64,000 bases of DNA from an uncultured delta proteobacterium. Its GTDB lineage: Bacteria > Myxococcota_A > Polyangia > Fen-1088. This document shows, in pieces, positions 31,694 through 40,310 of the stretch; the first letter of the stretch is position 1; each line of letters starts with the position of its first letter. Position numbers and translations under genes: made by a program. The notes under the pieces are model-generated. The model was not told the origin of the DNA. It saw only the letters and a list, made by a program, of their open reading frames with translations, and did no database searches. The DNA lies in NCBI GenBank assembly GCA_963737265.1, contig CAVTRY010000023.1, positions 256,001 to 320,000 of the forward strand. Reading direction: 5' to 3'.

Positions 31694-31722
31694 TGGGCTA
31701 GGAAACCAGGATCGGCGCTGGG
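31694..31722 (+). repeat. Right 29-bp direct repeat (attR) overlapping ppk1 3' end
   Basis: Identical to 16617-16645. Confidence 0.9.
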
Positions 31723-33905
31723 GTCTGGCCTTGTTGCGCTTCGTGCGCCTCGCTGAGGGCTGCTTTGGCCAAGACGAAAGGCGTGCCCATCGCCGGCGTG
31801 TGTTCCTGCGGCCGCGGCGCTGGGATGTCCTGCACGTGCCTGCGCGACATGGCGATGAATCGCTCTTGGCTGCGTACCAGCGGCTGGCCATTGGCCGGCA
31901 CGACACGCTGATAGCTACCGTTCGGCAGCAGGCGGCGCGCCCTGACGTTGTCGGCGAGCTGCGTGCCGAGGATTTCCTCGAGGACGCGCACGCGCAGAAC
32001 CTCATCGTCGATGGGAAACATGACCTCGACGCGACGGACGAAGTTGCGCGGCATCCAATCGGCAGACGCGAGATAGAGCTCGTTCTTGCCGCCGGCCTGG
32101 AAGTAGAAGATGCGCGCGTGCTCGAGAAAGCGATCCACGGTGCTGGTCACGCGGATGTTTTCGCTCTGTCCCGAAACCCCTGGTTGCAGGCAGCAGATGC
32201 CGCGCACGAGCAGGTCGATTTGCACCGATGCCTGCGAAGCCCGGTAGAGCGCCAAAATCACGTCCGGGTCGACGAGCGAATTCATCTTGGCGATGATGCG
32301 GCCCTTGGCGCCGAAGGAGCTCTCGCGCGCGATCAAATCGAGAATGCGCTCTTTCAGCCCGAGCGGTGCAACCGCGAATCGCTTCCACGAAGGCGGCGCG
32401 GAGTACCCGGTAATGAGATTGAACAGAGCGCCCGCGTCGTCGGCGAAATCCTCGCGCGCGGTGAGATAGGAAATGTCGCCGTAGGTGCGGGCGGTCGCCG
32501 GATTGTAGTTGCCGGTGGAAAGGTGCACGTAGCGACGAATCACGCCCCGCTCGCGGCGAACCACGAGCGCGACTTTGCAGTGGGTCTTGAGACCGACCAA
32601 GCCATAAACGACGTGCACGCCGGATTCTTCCAGCACCCGCGCCCAGGCGATGTTGCGGCCTTCATCGAAGCGCGCCTTGAGCTCGACCACCGCGGTAACC
32701 TGCTTGCCGTTTTCGGCCGCGCGAATGAGCGCGCTTATCACCGGCGAATCCGCGCTGGTGCGGTAGAGCGTCTGTTTGATGGCCAGCACGTTGGGGTCGT
32801 CGGCCGCCTCGGACACGAAATCCACCACGTGATCGAAGGATTCGTAGGGGTGGTGAAGGAGGACGTCGCGTTCGGCCAGCGCCCTGAAGATTTCCCCTTC
32901 GTGCAGTTGCGGCACGAGCTGCGGCGTGAAGATCTCGTCGTGAAAATCGCGCAACTGCGGATGCGTGGTGAGCGGCGTGAGATCGTTCAGGCGCAGGGGG
33001 CCGTCTACGCGGTACACGTCCGCGGGATCCAAGCGCAAAGCCCCGCGCAGAAAGGTCTCCACTTCGGGCGGCGAATCGCTGGCCAGCTCCAAACGAACCG
33101 CCTGACCGCGCTCGCGCTTGCGCAGCTCGCGCTGGATGGTCTTGAGCAGGTCGTCGGCCTCGTCCTCGTCGATGGAGAGGTCGAAGTTGCGCGTGACGCG
33201 GAAAGGGCTGCATCCCACCACGCGAAAGCCCGGAAAAAGTCCGCCGACATGCATGGCGATGAGCGTTTCGAGCAGAACGTAGGCCGCCTTGCCGTCCACC
33301 GGGGGCGTCACCTCGACCAGCCGGCCTAACACCGCCGGGACCTGCACGACGGCGAAAATGGTCGGCCGGCGCGCGACGCGCTGGTGCTCTTTGTGAAGCA
33401 GAATCGCCAAATTCAGACTGCGATTGCGCAGCGCCGGGAACGGGTGACCTTGATCCACGGCCAGCGGCGTGAGCACGGGCCACACGTCGCGGGCGAATCG
33501 GCATTCGAGGGCCGTGCGCTGCTCCAGCGTGAGATCGGCGGGGCGAACGAAGGCGATCGCCGCCCTTTGGGCCAGGCTCGGCGCAAGCTCGTCACGCCAG
33601 TTCTGGTACAGCAGCTTCACCATGTCGTGAACGCGTACGCTGATCTTGGCGAGCTGTTCGGCCGGCAGCATTCCATCGGCATTCACGTCCTGCACACCGC
33701 CCGCCACCAGTTGCTTGAGCCCCGCCACCCGCACCATGAAGAATTCGTCGAGATTGTTCGAGACGATAGCTTGAAACTTCAGCCGCTCGGCCAGCGGCAC
33801 GGTTCCATCGCACGCCTCCTCGAGAACGCGGGCATTGAATTCCAACCACGACAGCTCGCGGTTGAAGAATATCCCAGGCGGCTTGTCGGACTGATCCGAG
33901 GCCAC
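31698..33905 (-). CDS. ppk1: Polyphosphate kinase 1
   Basis: FFNRELSWLEFNARVL, NLDEFFMVRVAG, LLHHPYESF, KQTLYRT, ELKARFDE, KTHCK, STGNYN, RFLEHAR, SADWMPRN; GTG start with AAGGAG. Confidence 0.97.
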   Translation of the reverse strand: MASDQSDKPPGIFFNRELSWLEFNARVLEEACDGTVPLAERLKFQAIVSNNLDEFFMVRVAGLKQLVAGGVQDVNADGMLPAEQLAKISVRVHDMVKLLYQNWRDELAPSLAQRAAIAFVRPADLTLEQRTALECRFARDVWPVLTPLAVDQGHPFPALRNRSLNLAILLHKEHQRVARRPTIFAVVQVPAVLGRLVEVTPPVDGKAAYVLLETLIAMHVGGLFPGFRVVGCSPFRVTRNFDLSIDEDEADDLLKTIQRELRKRERGQAVRLELASDSPPEVETFLRGALRLDPADVYRVDGPLRLNDLTPLTTHPQLRDFHDEIFTPQLVPQLHEGEIFRALAERDVLLHHPYESFDHVVDFVSEAADDPNVLAIKQTLYRTSADSPVISALIRAAENGKQVTAVVELKARFDEGRNIAWARVLEESGVHVVYGLVGLKTHCKVALVVRRERGVIRRYVHLSTGNYNPATARTYGDISYLTAREDFADDAGALFNLITGYSAPPSWKRFAVAPLGLKERILDLIARESSFGAKGRIIAKMNSLVDPDVILALYRASQASVQIDLLVRGICCLQPGVSGQSENIRVTSTVDRFLEHARIFYFQAGGKNELYLASADWMPRNFVRRVEVMFPIDDEVLRVRVLEEILGTQLADNVRARRLLPNGSYQRVVPANGQPLVRSQERFIAMSRRHVQDIPAPRPQEHTPAMGTPFVLAKAALSEAHEAQQGQTPAPILVS

Positions 33906-33975
33906 TGGCGCCTTCTCCTTTGGGGATGTTCGGGGAGTCAAGACGCGGTATTCTAGCCGAAGAACCGCAAGTAGC

Positions 33976-35550
33976 TCATGTGACAATTCTGTTACGATTT
34001 TGGCTGGGATTCTTACGTATAGGCGCCCGCTCGCGCCGCGAAGCAATGGTTGATATCGCGAGGCTGGCGCCGAAAACCTTGCGGAAGAGCTGGGCTTCGT
34101 GCGCGACATCCCACAATTCCAAGTCCGCCGGACCGCGGGTGGAGAGGTGAATTGACACCTTGCTGTTGACTTTTTCGGCGCGAATCTTGCGTATTGGCTG
34201 CGCGTGGCTGCGATCCAGCGCGTCTGCGACGCGCAAGATGGTTGCCAGCTTGCGCACGCTGCGTGCCTCGCTCAAGGTCAAGCCTTCCATGCCCGGATGA
34301 TGCAAGTCAGGGGCGCTGCGCCGGTGAAAACGAGCGATGCGCGCCACGATGTCGCGTTCGCGATCCGCCAGACCCGGAATATCGCCGTTGCGCACCAGAT
34401 ACTCGGTGTGCCGATGGTGCTTTTGGTAGCTGACCGAATGGCCGATGTCGTGCAGCACCGAAGCGACCTCAAGGTAGGGACGTACCGCCATGGGCAAGCG
34501 ATGCAATCCCGCCAATTGATCGAACATAGCGAGCGCGAGACGCGTGACTTGTACGGCGTGTGCCTCGTCGAAGAAGAAACGCCGGCCGAGGGCGCAAGCC
34601 GCGTCCATGAGAGATGAATCGTCGTCGTCGCGAAACCGCCGGCGCACCAAATCCACCAATACGCCGTGGCGCAAGCCGCGATCCACCGCCGTCACCGCGT
34701 GCAGCGACAAGTGATGGGCCAGCGCCTCCAGGATAACCGCGCCCGCGACGATGACGTCCGCGCGCTTGGAATCGAAACGCTTGTGCCGCTCCTCGGGATC
34801 CATGCGCGCGAGCTTTTCCACGAAGTGTGAAATCTGTTCCGCGGTGGCGTGCGCGGTGCCCTCGGCCGCGGCGCCGGCAACGATGGCCCTGATCGATCCC
34901 GAGCTGCCGAGGGCGACGCGGGGAAAGCCGCGAATGCCTGCTGGCAACGACTCCTGCACCGCTTCGCGCGCGAATTCACGCAACAGGCGCAGTTGCTTGG
35001 GCGAAATCTCGCCGTGGCTCTTGAAAATCTCGGTCAGGCGGACCGAACCGATGGCCACGCTCCACAGCTTCGACGGTTGGTCGCCGATGGCACCCGCCAC
35101 CTCGGTCGATCCGCCGCCGATGTCGAGGCACAGCGAGCGCGCCTTGGGTGGCCGCCCCGACAAGATGCCGAGGCACATGAGGCGAGCTTCCTCCTTGCCC
35201 GAAATCGCTTCGAGCACGAGCCCGGTCTCGACCTTGACCCGGCGGATGATCTCGTCCCGGTTCTTGGCCTCGCGCAAGGCGCTGGTGCCCACCGCGCGCA
35301 CGCGGGCCTGGTGGCGCTTGCAGATGATGGCGTAGCGGCGAAGAACAACAATCAAGCGATCCACCACCGGCGGCGGGATCACGCCGGTCTGAAACAGTCC
35401 TTCGGACGGCCGCACCGGATCTCGTTCCTGGTGGACGGATTCGATGCTGCCATCCGAAAACCCGCGCGCTATTTCCAAACGAACCGCGTTGGCCCCCACG
35501 TCGATTGCCGCGATGGGAGTTTCTACTGCCTTGGGTTTCATCCTGGCCAC
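33976..35550 (-). CDS. ppx: Exopolyphosphatase Ppx/GppA with HD domain
   Basis: AAIDVGANAVRL, GTSALREA, ISGKEEARL, DIGGGSTE, LHDIG..HHRHT, LRVADALD. Confidence 0.95.
   Translation of the reverse strand: MARMKPKAVETPIAAIDVGANAVRLEIARGFSDGSIESVHQERDPVRPSEGLFQTGVIPPPVVDRLIVVLRRYAIICKRHQARVRAVGTSALREAKNRDEIIRRVKVETGLVLEAISGKEEARLMCLGILSGRPPKARSLCLDIGGGSTEVAGAIGDQPSKLWSVAIGSVRLTEIFKSHGEISPKQLRLLREFAREAVQESLPAGIRGFPRVALGSSGSIRAIVAGAAAEGTAHATAEQISHFVEKLARMDPEERHKRFDSKRADVIVAGAVILEALAHHLSLHAVTAVDRGLRHGVLVDLVRRRFRDDDDSSLMDAACALGRRFFFDEAHAVQVTRLALAMFDQLAGLHRLPMAVRPYLEVASVLHDIGHSVSYQKHHRHTEYLVRNGDIPGLADRERDIVARIARFHRRSAPDLHHPGMEGLTLSEARSVRKLATILRVADALDRSHAQPIRKIRAEKVNSKVSIHLSTRGPADLELWDVAHEAQLFRKVFGASLAISTIASRRERAPIRKNPSQNRNRIVT
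33979..33997 (-). promoter_or_regulatory. Pho-box-like site upstream of ppk1
   Basis: Minus strand TCGTAAC-AGAA-TTGTCAC-A, 11-bp spacing, inside ppx 3' end. Confidence 0.6.
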
Positions 35551-35604
35551 ATTCCGCCCTGCGCTGTCGTTCGTATTACCTTTATAGATGAACCATCCCG
35601 CGAC

Positions 35605-35624
35605 TTGTAACGAATCTGTGACAA
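35605..35624 (-). promoter_or_regulatory. Pho-box-like site upstream of ppx
   Basis: Minus strand TTGTCAC-AGAT-TCGTTAC-AA. Confidence 0.7.
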
Positions 35625-35672
35625 ATCAGCTGCGTTCCGGTCGCGCGGATCCCGCTGCTCGCCGTCGGAGAG

Positions 35673-37517
35673 TCAGCTCGCTTGCCGCGTGTAGCGCCCG
35701 AATCCGTCCTCGCCCATGAAGCGCTTGAGCAGCTTGGCCTCGGTCTTGCGCAGATCCACGACGATGAGGCCGTCCACGCACTCGCCGAAGGCGGGGTCGA
35801 TGTTGAAGCTGAGCACGCGCGCGCCCAACCGCAAGTAGTAGCGCAACAGCACGGGCATGCCCTTGTTGTCGTCCTCGATTTCGGAAATCAACGAGGAGAC
35901 ATCGTCGTCGTCCTCGACCAGGGCGTCGATGGCCCGGCTTTCCTCGTTGTTGAAGGTCGTGGTAGGCGGCGGATTCTTGGCCTTGACCAAGGCGGCGAAG
36001 GCGGCGTCGCCGCGCGAGCGCTGCAGATACTCGAGCATCAGACGCATCGAGGTCGCCTGGTAGGAACGACTGATGCTGACCGGGCCGAACAACACTTTGT
36101 ATTGGGGATTCCGCACCAAGTACTCGCCGATCCCGCGCCACAGCAAGGCCAGCGCGGTCGGCTTGCGCTGATACTCTTCGCGAATGAAGGAACGGCCCAT
36201 TTCCAATGCGGGTCCCATGCGATCGATGAAGCCGCCGCCAAACTTGAACAGGCTGCTGGTGTAGAGCCCTGCCACGCCTTGCCGGGCCAAGATTTCGTCG
36301 GCGCGACCGATGCGGTAGCTGCCGACGATTTCCTGTTTGGCCTGGTTCCACATGAAGAGGTGCTGGTAGGTCCGATCGAAACCGTCGAGGTCGCAGTCCC
36401 GCCCGGTGCCTTCCTGAGCCGCGCGGAAGGTCTTCTCGCGCAAGCGGCCGATCTCGCGCAGCAAGGTCGGGATCTGCGCCGAAGTCGCGACGTGGACCTG
36501 GTAATCGCCCGAGCGGTGCAGGCAAGACGCCGGCGGCAGGCCACGGATTTCCTCTTCTAGCACGCGCGAAGGTATCGCTTCGATAATCGGCTTTTGCTCG
36601 GCATCCAAAAATGGCCGCGGCGGCACGAAGCGCATGCGCACGCGGCTTTCGCGACGTTGCAGGGCGTAGGTCTTGAAGCGCAGGTATTGAATGAGGGTTT
36701 CGTCCTCGGGATAGCGGTCGGTTTTTTCCTGACCGATGGGCCGGCCGATGCGAACGCGAACGGTCGAGTGTTGGCGCTTGACGATCTCCGAGGGCAACAG
36801 AACTGTGCGGAAGGCCGGATGAAGCAGGCCAGCGAGCTGGAAGACCATGCTGTTCTGACCCTCGAAGAACACTGGCACCACGGTGGCACCGGTCAGCCGC
36901 ACCAGCGCGGCGATGTTGGGATGCCAGGCCGGATCCGAGACGCCATTGCCGAGGCGCAAATGGGACACCGTTCCCGAGGGAAAAGCGCCGAGTGCCGAGC
37001 CCTCGCGCAACCACCTGATGACGGTTCGCATGGAGCCGATATTGGCGCGCGCAGAATCGGGCCGCGCATTGGGATCCACGGGAATGATCCAACTACGCAA
37101 TTCCGGAATACGCGCCAGGATGCGATTGCCAAGAACGCGCACGTCCGGCCGCGCGCGGGTCATGATGTCGCCGAGGATCAAGCCGTCGACGGCGCCGAAC
37201 GGGTGATTGGCGACCACGATGAGCGGGCCATACTTGGGAATCTTCTCCCGATCCTCGTCGCTGACCTCGTAGTCGATGGCCAGCGTGCGCAGGATGGTAG
37301 GAAAGTAGGTTTCTTGTTCATGCGGCAGGATCAGCGATTGGGAGTACAAGCGATTGACCTCCGTTAGGGACAGGACTCGATTAAGGGTGCCTTCAATAAG
37401 GCGAAAGAGCGCGCGCCGGCTGGGACTGCGAATGGCACTGCGAAGATCGATGAGCTCGCGAGGAGATTCGGCGGATGCTTCGTCTGATGACGGGCTGGCT
37501 TCGTTGATGGATTGCAT
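35673..37517 (-). CDS. Bifunctional PlsC + GNAT acyltransferase (OlsF-like ornithine lipid synthase / 'putative hemolysin')
   Basis: VVANHPFGAVDG (HxxxxD), FPSG; EIGRLREKTFRA, DLDGFD, GSYRIG, LEMGRSF, LLWRGIG, PVLLRYYLRLG. Confidence 0.8.
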   Translation of the reverse strand: MQSINEASPSSDEASAESPRELIDLRSAIRSPSRRALFRLIEGTLNRVLSLTEVNRLYSQSLILPHEQETYFPTILRTLAIDYEVSDEDREKIPKYGPLIVVANHPFGAVDGLILGDIMTRARPDVRVLGNRILARIPELRSWIIPVDPNARPDSARANIGSMRTVIRWLREGSALGAFPSGTVSHLRLGNGVSDPAWHPNIAALVRLTGATVVPVFFEGQNSMVFQLAGLLHPAFRTVLLPSEIVKRQHSTVRVRIGRPIGQEKTDRYPEDETLIQYLRFKTYALQRRESRVRMRFVPPRPFLDAEQKPIIEAIPSRVLEEEIRGLPPASCLHRSGDYQVHVATSAQIPTLLREIGRLREKTFRAAQEGTGRDCDLDGFDRTYQHLFMWNQAKQEIVGSYRIGRADEILARQGVAGLYTSSLFKFGGGFIDRMGPALEMGRSFIREEYQRKPTALALLWRGIGEYLVRNPQYKVLFGPVSISRSYQATSMRLMLEYLQRSRGDAAFAALVKAKNPPPTTTFNNEESRAIDALVEDDDDVSSLISEIEDDNKGMPVLLRYYLRLGARVLSFNIDPAFGECVDGLIVVDLRKTEAKLLKRFMGEDGFGRYTRQAS

Positions 37518-37563
37518 TGGCTTGCTCCACCGCCAGCTTCGTCGATCTTGCGTGTCAGTCGCG

Positions 37564-38142
37564 CTACAGCCCGGTGACGTCTGCGCGAACCTCGGCGTAG
37601 CACCACGGCCGAAGCAGCGTGCTGGACGGCGCGGAGAATCGGCGACAGGCGTCCTTGACCATGGCGCGCACCTCGACCTTAGCGCCGATGGCGAGAAGAA
37701 TGAGATCCACAAGGCGAGGCGTCGCCGTAACGACTTCGTCGCTGAACAGGCTGCCGGCGTCGAGGAATCGCTTTCCCTCGACGCCGGCGATGGTCACGTT
37801 GGGCAAAGTACCGTCGCACGACACCTGTCGCGCGAGATCGATGACGTCCGAGACCAACGCCCGGTGGAGACAATCCGCGCAGGCGACGGCCGCGGGCAGC
37901 TCCGATACGTCGGCGACCGTACACATCCCCGGTTCCGCACCCATCCCCATGGCGAGCGCATCCACCACGACCAGCCTTTCCGCCTCGGCCAAGCTGTCGA
38001 GCAAATCGCAGCGAAGCGTGGCCATGACGGCCACCTGCACGTCGGATGGCAAGGGCAACGACTGGAGAATGCGACCAACCCTTGCCCCGATACCGTCGTC
38101 GCATACCCGTTCATTTCCAAGACACACAATGAGAGTTTGCAC
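37564..38142 (-). CDS. Hydrogenase maturation protease-like (peptidase A31) protein
   Basis: LIVCLGNERVCDDGIG, LVVVDA, CADCLH. Confidence 0.7.
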   Translation of the reverse strand: MQTLIVCLGNERVCDDGIGARVGRILQSLPLPSDVQVAVMATLRCDLLDSLAEAERLVVVDALAMGMGAEPGMCTVADVSELPAAVACADCLHRALVSDVIDLARQVSCDGTLPNVTIAGVEGKRFLDAGSLFSDEVVTATPRLVDLILLAIGAKVEVRAMVKDACRRFSAPSSTLLRPWCYAEVRADVTGL

Positions 38143-38264
38143 AACTTCCGTTACACACCATTTTCGCGACAACTGCTCGTGAGAAGCTTGCAACGTTCGC
38201 GTGGCGGAATTGTGAACAGTTGTATTCGCCGTACGAAATTCTGTAACCAGCGGCTAGCGCGGAA

Positions 38265-39029
38265 TCAGGGATCCGGCTGGGGACTGGTCTCCGCGGGATC
38301 CGCCAGACGGAAGCCGACGCCGCGAACGGTTTGTAGAAGATCGGCGGCGTTGCCCAACTTGTCGCGGATGCGTTTGATGTGCGTGTCCACGGTGCGACTA
38401 GAGACTTCCGGATGGTAGCCCCACACCGCCGTCAACAATTCCCGCCGCGTACGCATTCTGCCCGGAGAGCGAAACAGATAGACCAGCACGCGCATCTCCA
38501 AGGCGCTGACGTGAACTTCCTTGTCCTCCACGAACAGACGATGCGCCGACTCGTCGATCTTGAGAATTCCGAGGGCAAGTGGCTTTTCCGCCTCGGCGGC
38601 GGTCGGCACTGTTCCGGCCACCTGGGCCTCGACGCGCGTCTGGCGCGCCTTGAGCCGCGCCTCGACTCGCAACATCAATTCGCGCACGCTGAATGGCTTG
38701 ACCACATAGTCGTCGGCGCCAATTTCGAAACCAACCACGCGGTCGATCTCCTGCGCCCGCGCCGAGACGATGATGACCGCGGGTTGATCCGCGCTGGTGG
38801 TGCCACGCAGGCGCCGGCAGACCTCCAGGCCCGACATGTCGGGCAACATCAGGTCGAGCAGCACCAAATCGGGATGAAACTCGTCGAGAGCGAGCATGGC
38901 CGATTCGCCGCGGTCCGCGATCTCCGCCTCGTACCCATGCGCACGCACGGCGTACGCCATCGAGCTGCTGAGATCAGCCTCGTCCTCTACAATCAGGACA
39001 CGACTCTTGCGCGGCGACTCGACACCCAT
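38265..39029 (-). CDS. phoB: OmpR-family response regulator, PhoB-like
   Basis: VLIVEDE, LLDLMLPDMSG, GADDYVVKPFS, SRTVDTHIKRIRDKLG, TVRGVGFR; polyP context and Pho-like boxes upstream. Confidence 0.75.
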   Translation of the reverse strand: MGVESPRKSRVLIVEDEADLSSSMAYAVRAHGYEAEIADRGESAMLALDEFHPDLVLLDLMLPDMSGLEVCRRLRGTTSADQPAVIIVSARAQEIDRVVGFEIGADDYVVKPFSVRELMLRVEARLKARQTRVEAQVAGTVPTAAEAEKPLALGILKIDESAHRLFVEDKEVHVSALEMRVLVYLFRSPGRMRTRRELLTAVWGYHPEVSSRTVDTHIKRIRDKLGNAADLLQTVRGVGFRLADPAETSPQPDP

Positions 39030-39055
39030 AGATGACCGCAGTATCGCCTTCGCCG

Positions 39056-39084
39056 GTTGCAATCCTGTGACAACCGTGTGACGC
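39056..39084 (-). promoter_or_regulatory. Three Pho-box-like half sites upstream of phoB-like gene (autoregulation)
   Basis: Minus strand GCGTCAC-ACGG-TTGTCAC-AGGA-TTGCAAC. Confidence 0.65.
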
Positions 39085-39345
39085 CTTCGTGCCCACGAGG
39101 TACAGGGAGAAAATAGGGACCACCTGGGCCCAGGAGAGAAATCCATCCCAGGTGATCCCTTGCTGGGCCTTGCAATCTGTCGCCTAGTGCCACAACATCG
39201 TCAATCCCAGCGTCGAAACATCATCTAGTCTAAGCAACGCCCGCTTCGTACGTCACCAATCGTAGCGTCTTTCAGCCGCCGGCGCGGTTACACAAATGCG
39301 ACAACTGGGTTTCAACCGATATCTTGAACCTTGCTGGAAAAAGCC

Positions 39346-40266
39346 ATGAAAAATCTGCTCAAGAACACTCACAAACTTGCCTCCGCCTTCCGCGTGACGA
39401 ACGGCAGGAAGTTCAGCCTGAACGACGTCGATCCCGGCGACACGCTCGGCATCAAGCCGGAAGACAAACTGGTGGCGGGCGAAACCCTTCGCCAAGGTGT
39501 GGCGTCGATATGCCACCTTCAGGAAATGCTTTATGCGCAGGACAAATGGGCGCTTCTGCTCATTTTCCAGGCCATGGATGCGGCGGGCAAGGATGGCACC
39601 ATCAAGCACGTTCTGTCGGGTGTGAATCCGCAGGGCTGCGAGGTTCATTCCTTCAAGGCACCCACCAACGAAGACCTGGACCACGATTTTCTGTGGCGCT
39701 GCATCTGCCGCCTGCCCGAGCGCGGACGCCTCGGCATCTTCAACCGCTCGTACTACGAAGAGACCTTGGTGGTGCGCGTGCACCCGGACCTACTCGGAAA
39801 ACAAAAACTGCCGCCAAGCCTCGTCGGCAAGAATATTTGGAAGGAACGATTCGAGGACATCCGCCATTTCGAACGTTACCTCGACCGCAACGGCGTCGTG
39901 GTACGCAAGTTCTTCCTGCACTTGTCGAGGAAGGAGCAGAAGCGGCGCTTTCTGGCCCGCTTGCAGGATCCAGAGAAGCATTGGAAGTTCTCGTCGGCCG
40001 ACACCCGCGAACGCGAGTATTGGGACGACTACATGGCGGCCTACGAGGATGTCGTTCGCCACACCGCCACGGAAGAAGCGCCCTGGTACGTGATTCCCGC
40101 CGACAACAAATGGTTCACTCGACTGATTGTTTCGTCGGTGGTGATCGACACGCTGTCGTCGCTGCACCTCGAGTTTCCCGCGGTCGACCCGGCGAAGCTC
40201 AAGGAGTTGGCCGCCGCGCGCACCACGCTGAACAAGAAGAATGGCGGCGGCAAACCCGGCCAGTAG
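39346..40266 (+). CDS. ppk2: Polyphosphate kinase 2 family (class III-like)
   Basis: FQAMDAAGKDGTIKHV, SFKAP, HDFLWR, IFNRSYYEE, KFFLHLS, PWYVIPADNKW. Confidence 0.95.
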   Translation: MKNLLKNTHKLASAFRVTNGRKFSLNDVDPGDTLGIKPEDKLVAGETLRQGVASICHLQEMLYAQDKWALLLIFQAMDAAGKDGTIKHVLSGVNPQGCEVHSFKAPTNEDLDHDFLWRCICRLPERGRLGIFNRSYYEETLVVRVHPDLLGKQKLPPSLVGKNIWKERFEDIRHFERYLDRNGVVVRKFFLHLSRKEQKRRFLARLQDPEKHWKFSSADTREREYWDDYMAAYEDVVRHTATEEAPWYVIPADNKWFTRLIVSSVVIDTLSSLHLEFPAVDPAKLKELAAARTTLNKKNGGGKPGQ

Positions 40267-40267
40267 C

Positions 40268-40297
40268 ACTCGGCCGCCACCCGCGCGGCGGCCGAGT
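40268..40297. terminator. GC hairpin between convergent genes
   Basis: ACTCGGCCGCC-N8-GGCGGCCGAGT 11-bp stem; no U-tract. Confidence 0.4.
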
Positions 40298-40310
40298 ATC
40301 GAGACGTGGA

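Larger units (their letters stand above)
16617..31722. mobile_element. ~15 kb degenerate defence island inserted at sixA/ppk1 convergent stop
   Basis: Perfect 29-bp flanking direct repeat; R-M, TA and nuclease cargo; several genes with visibly atypical (more AT-rich) codon usage; interrupts polyP cluster; no integrase recognised. Confidence 0.85.
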
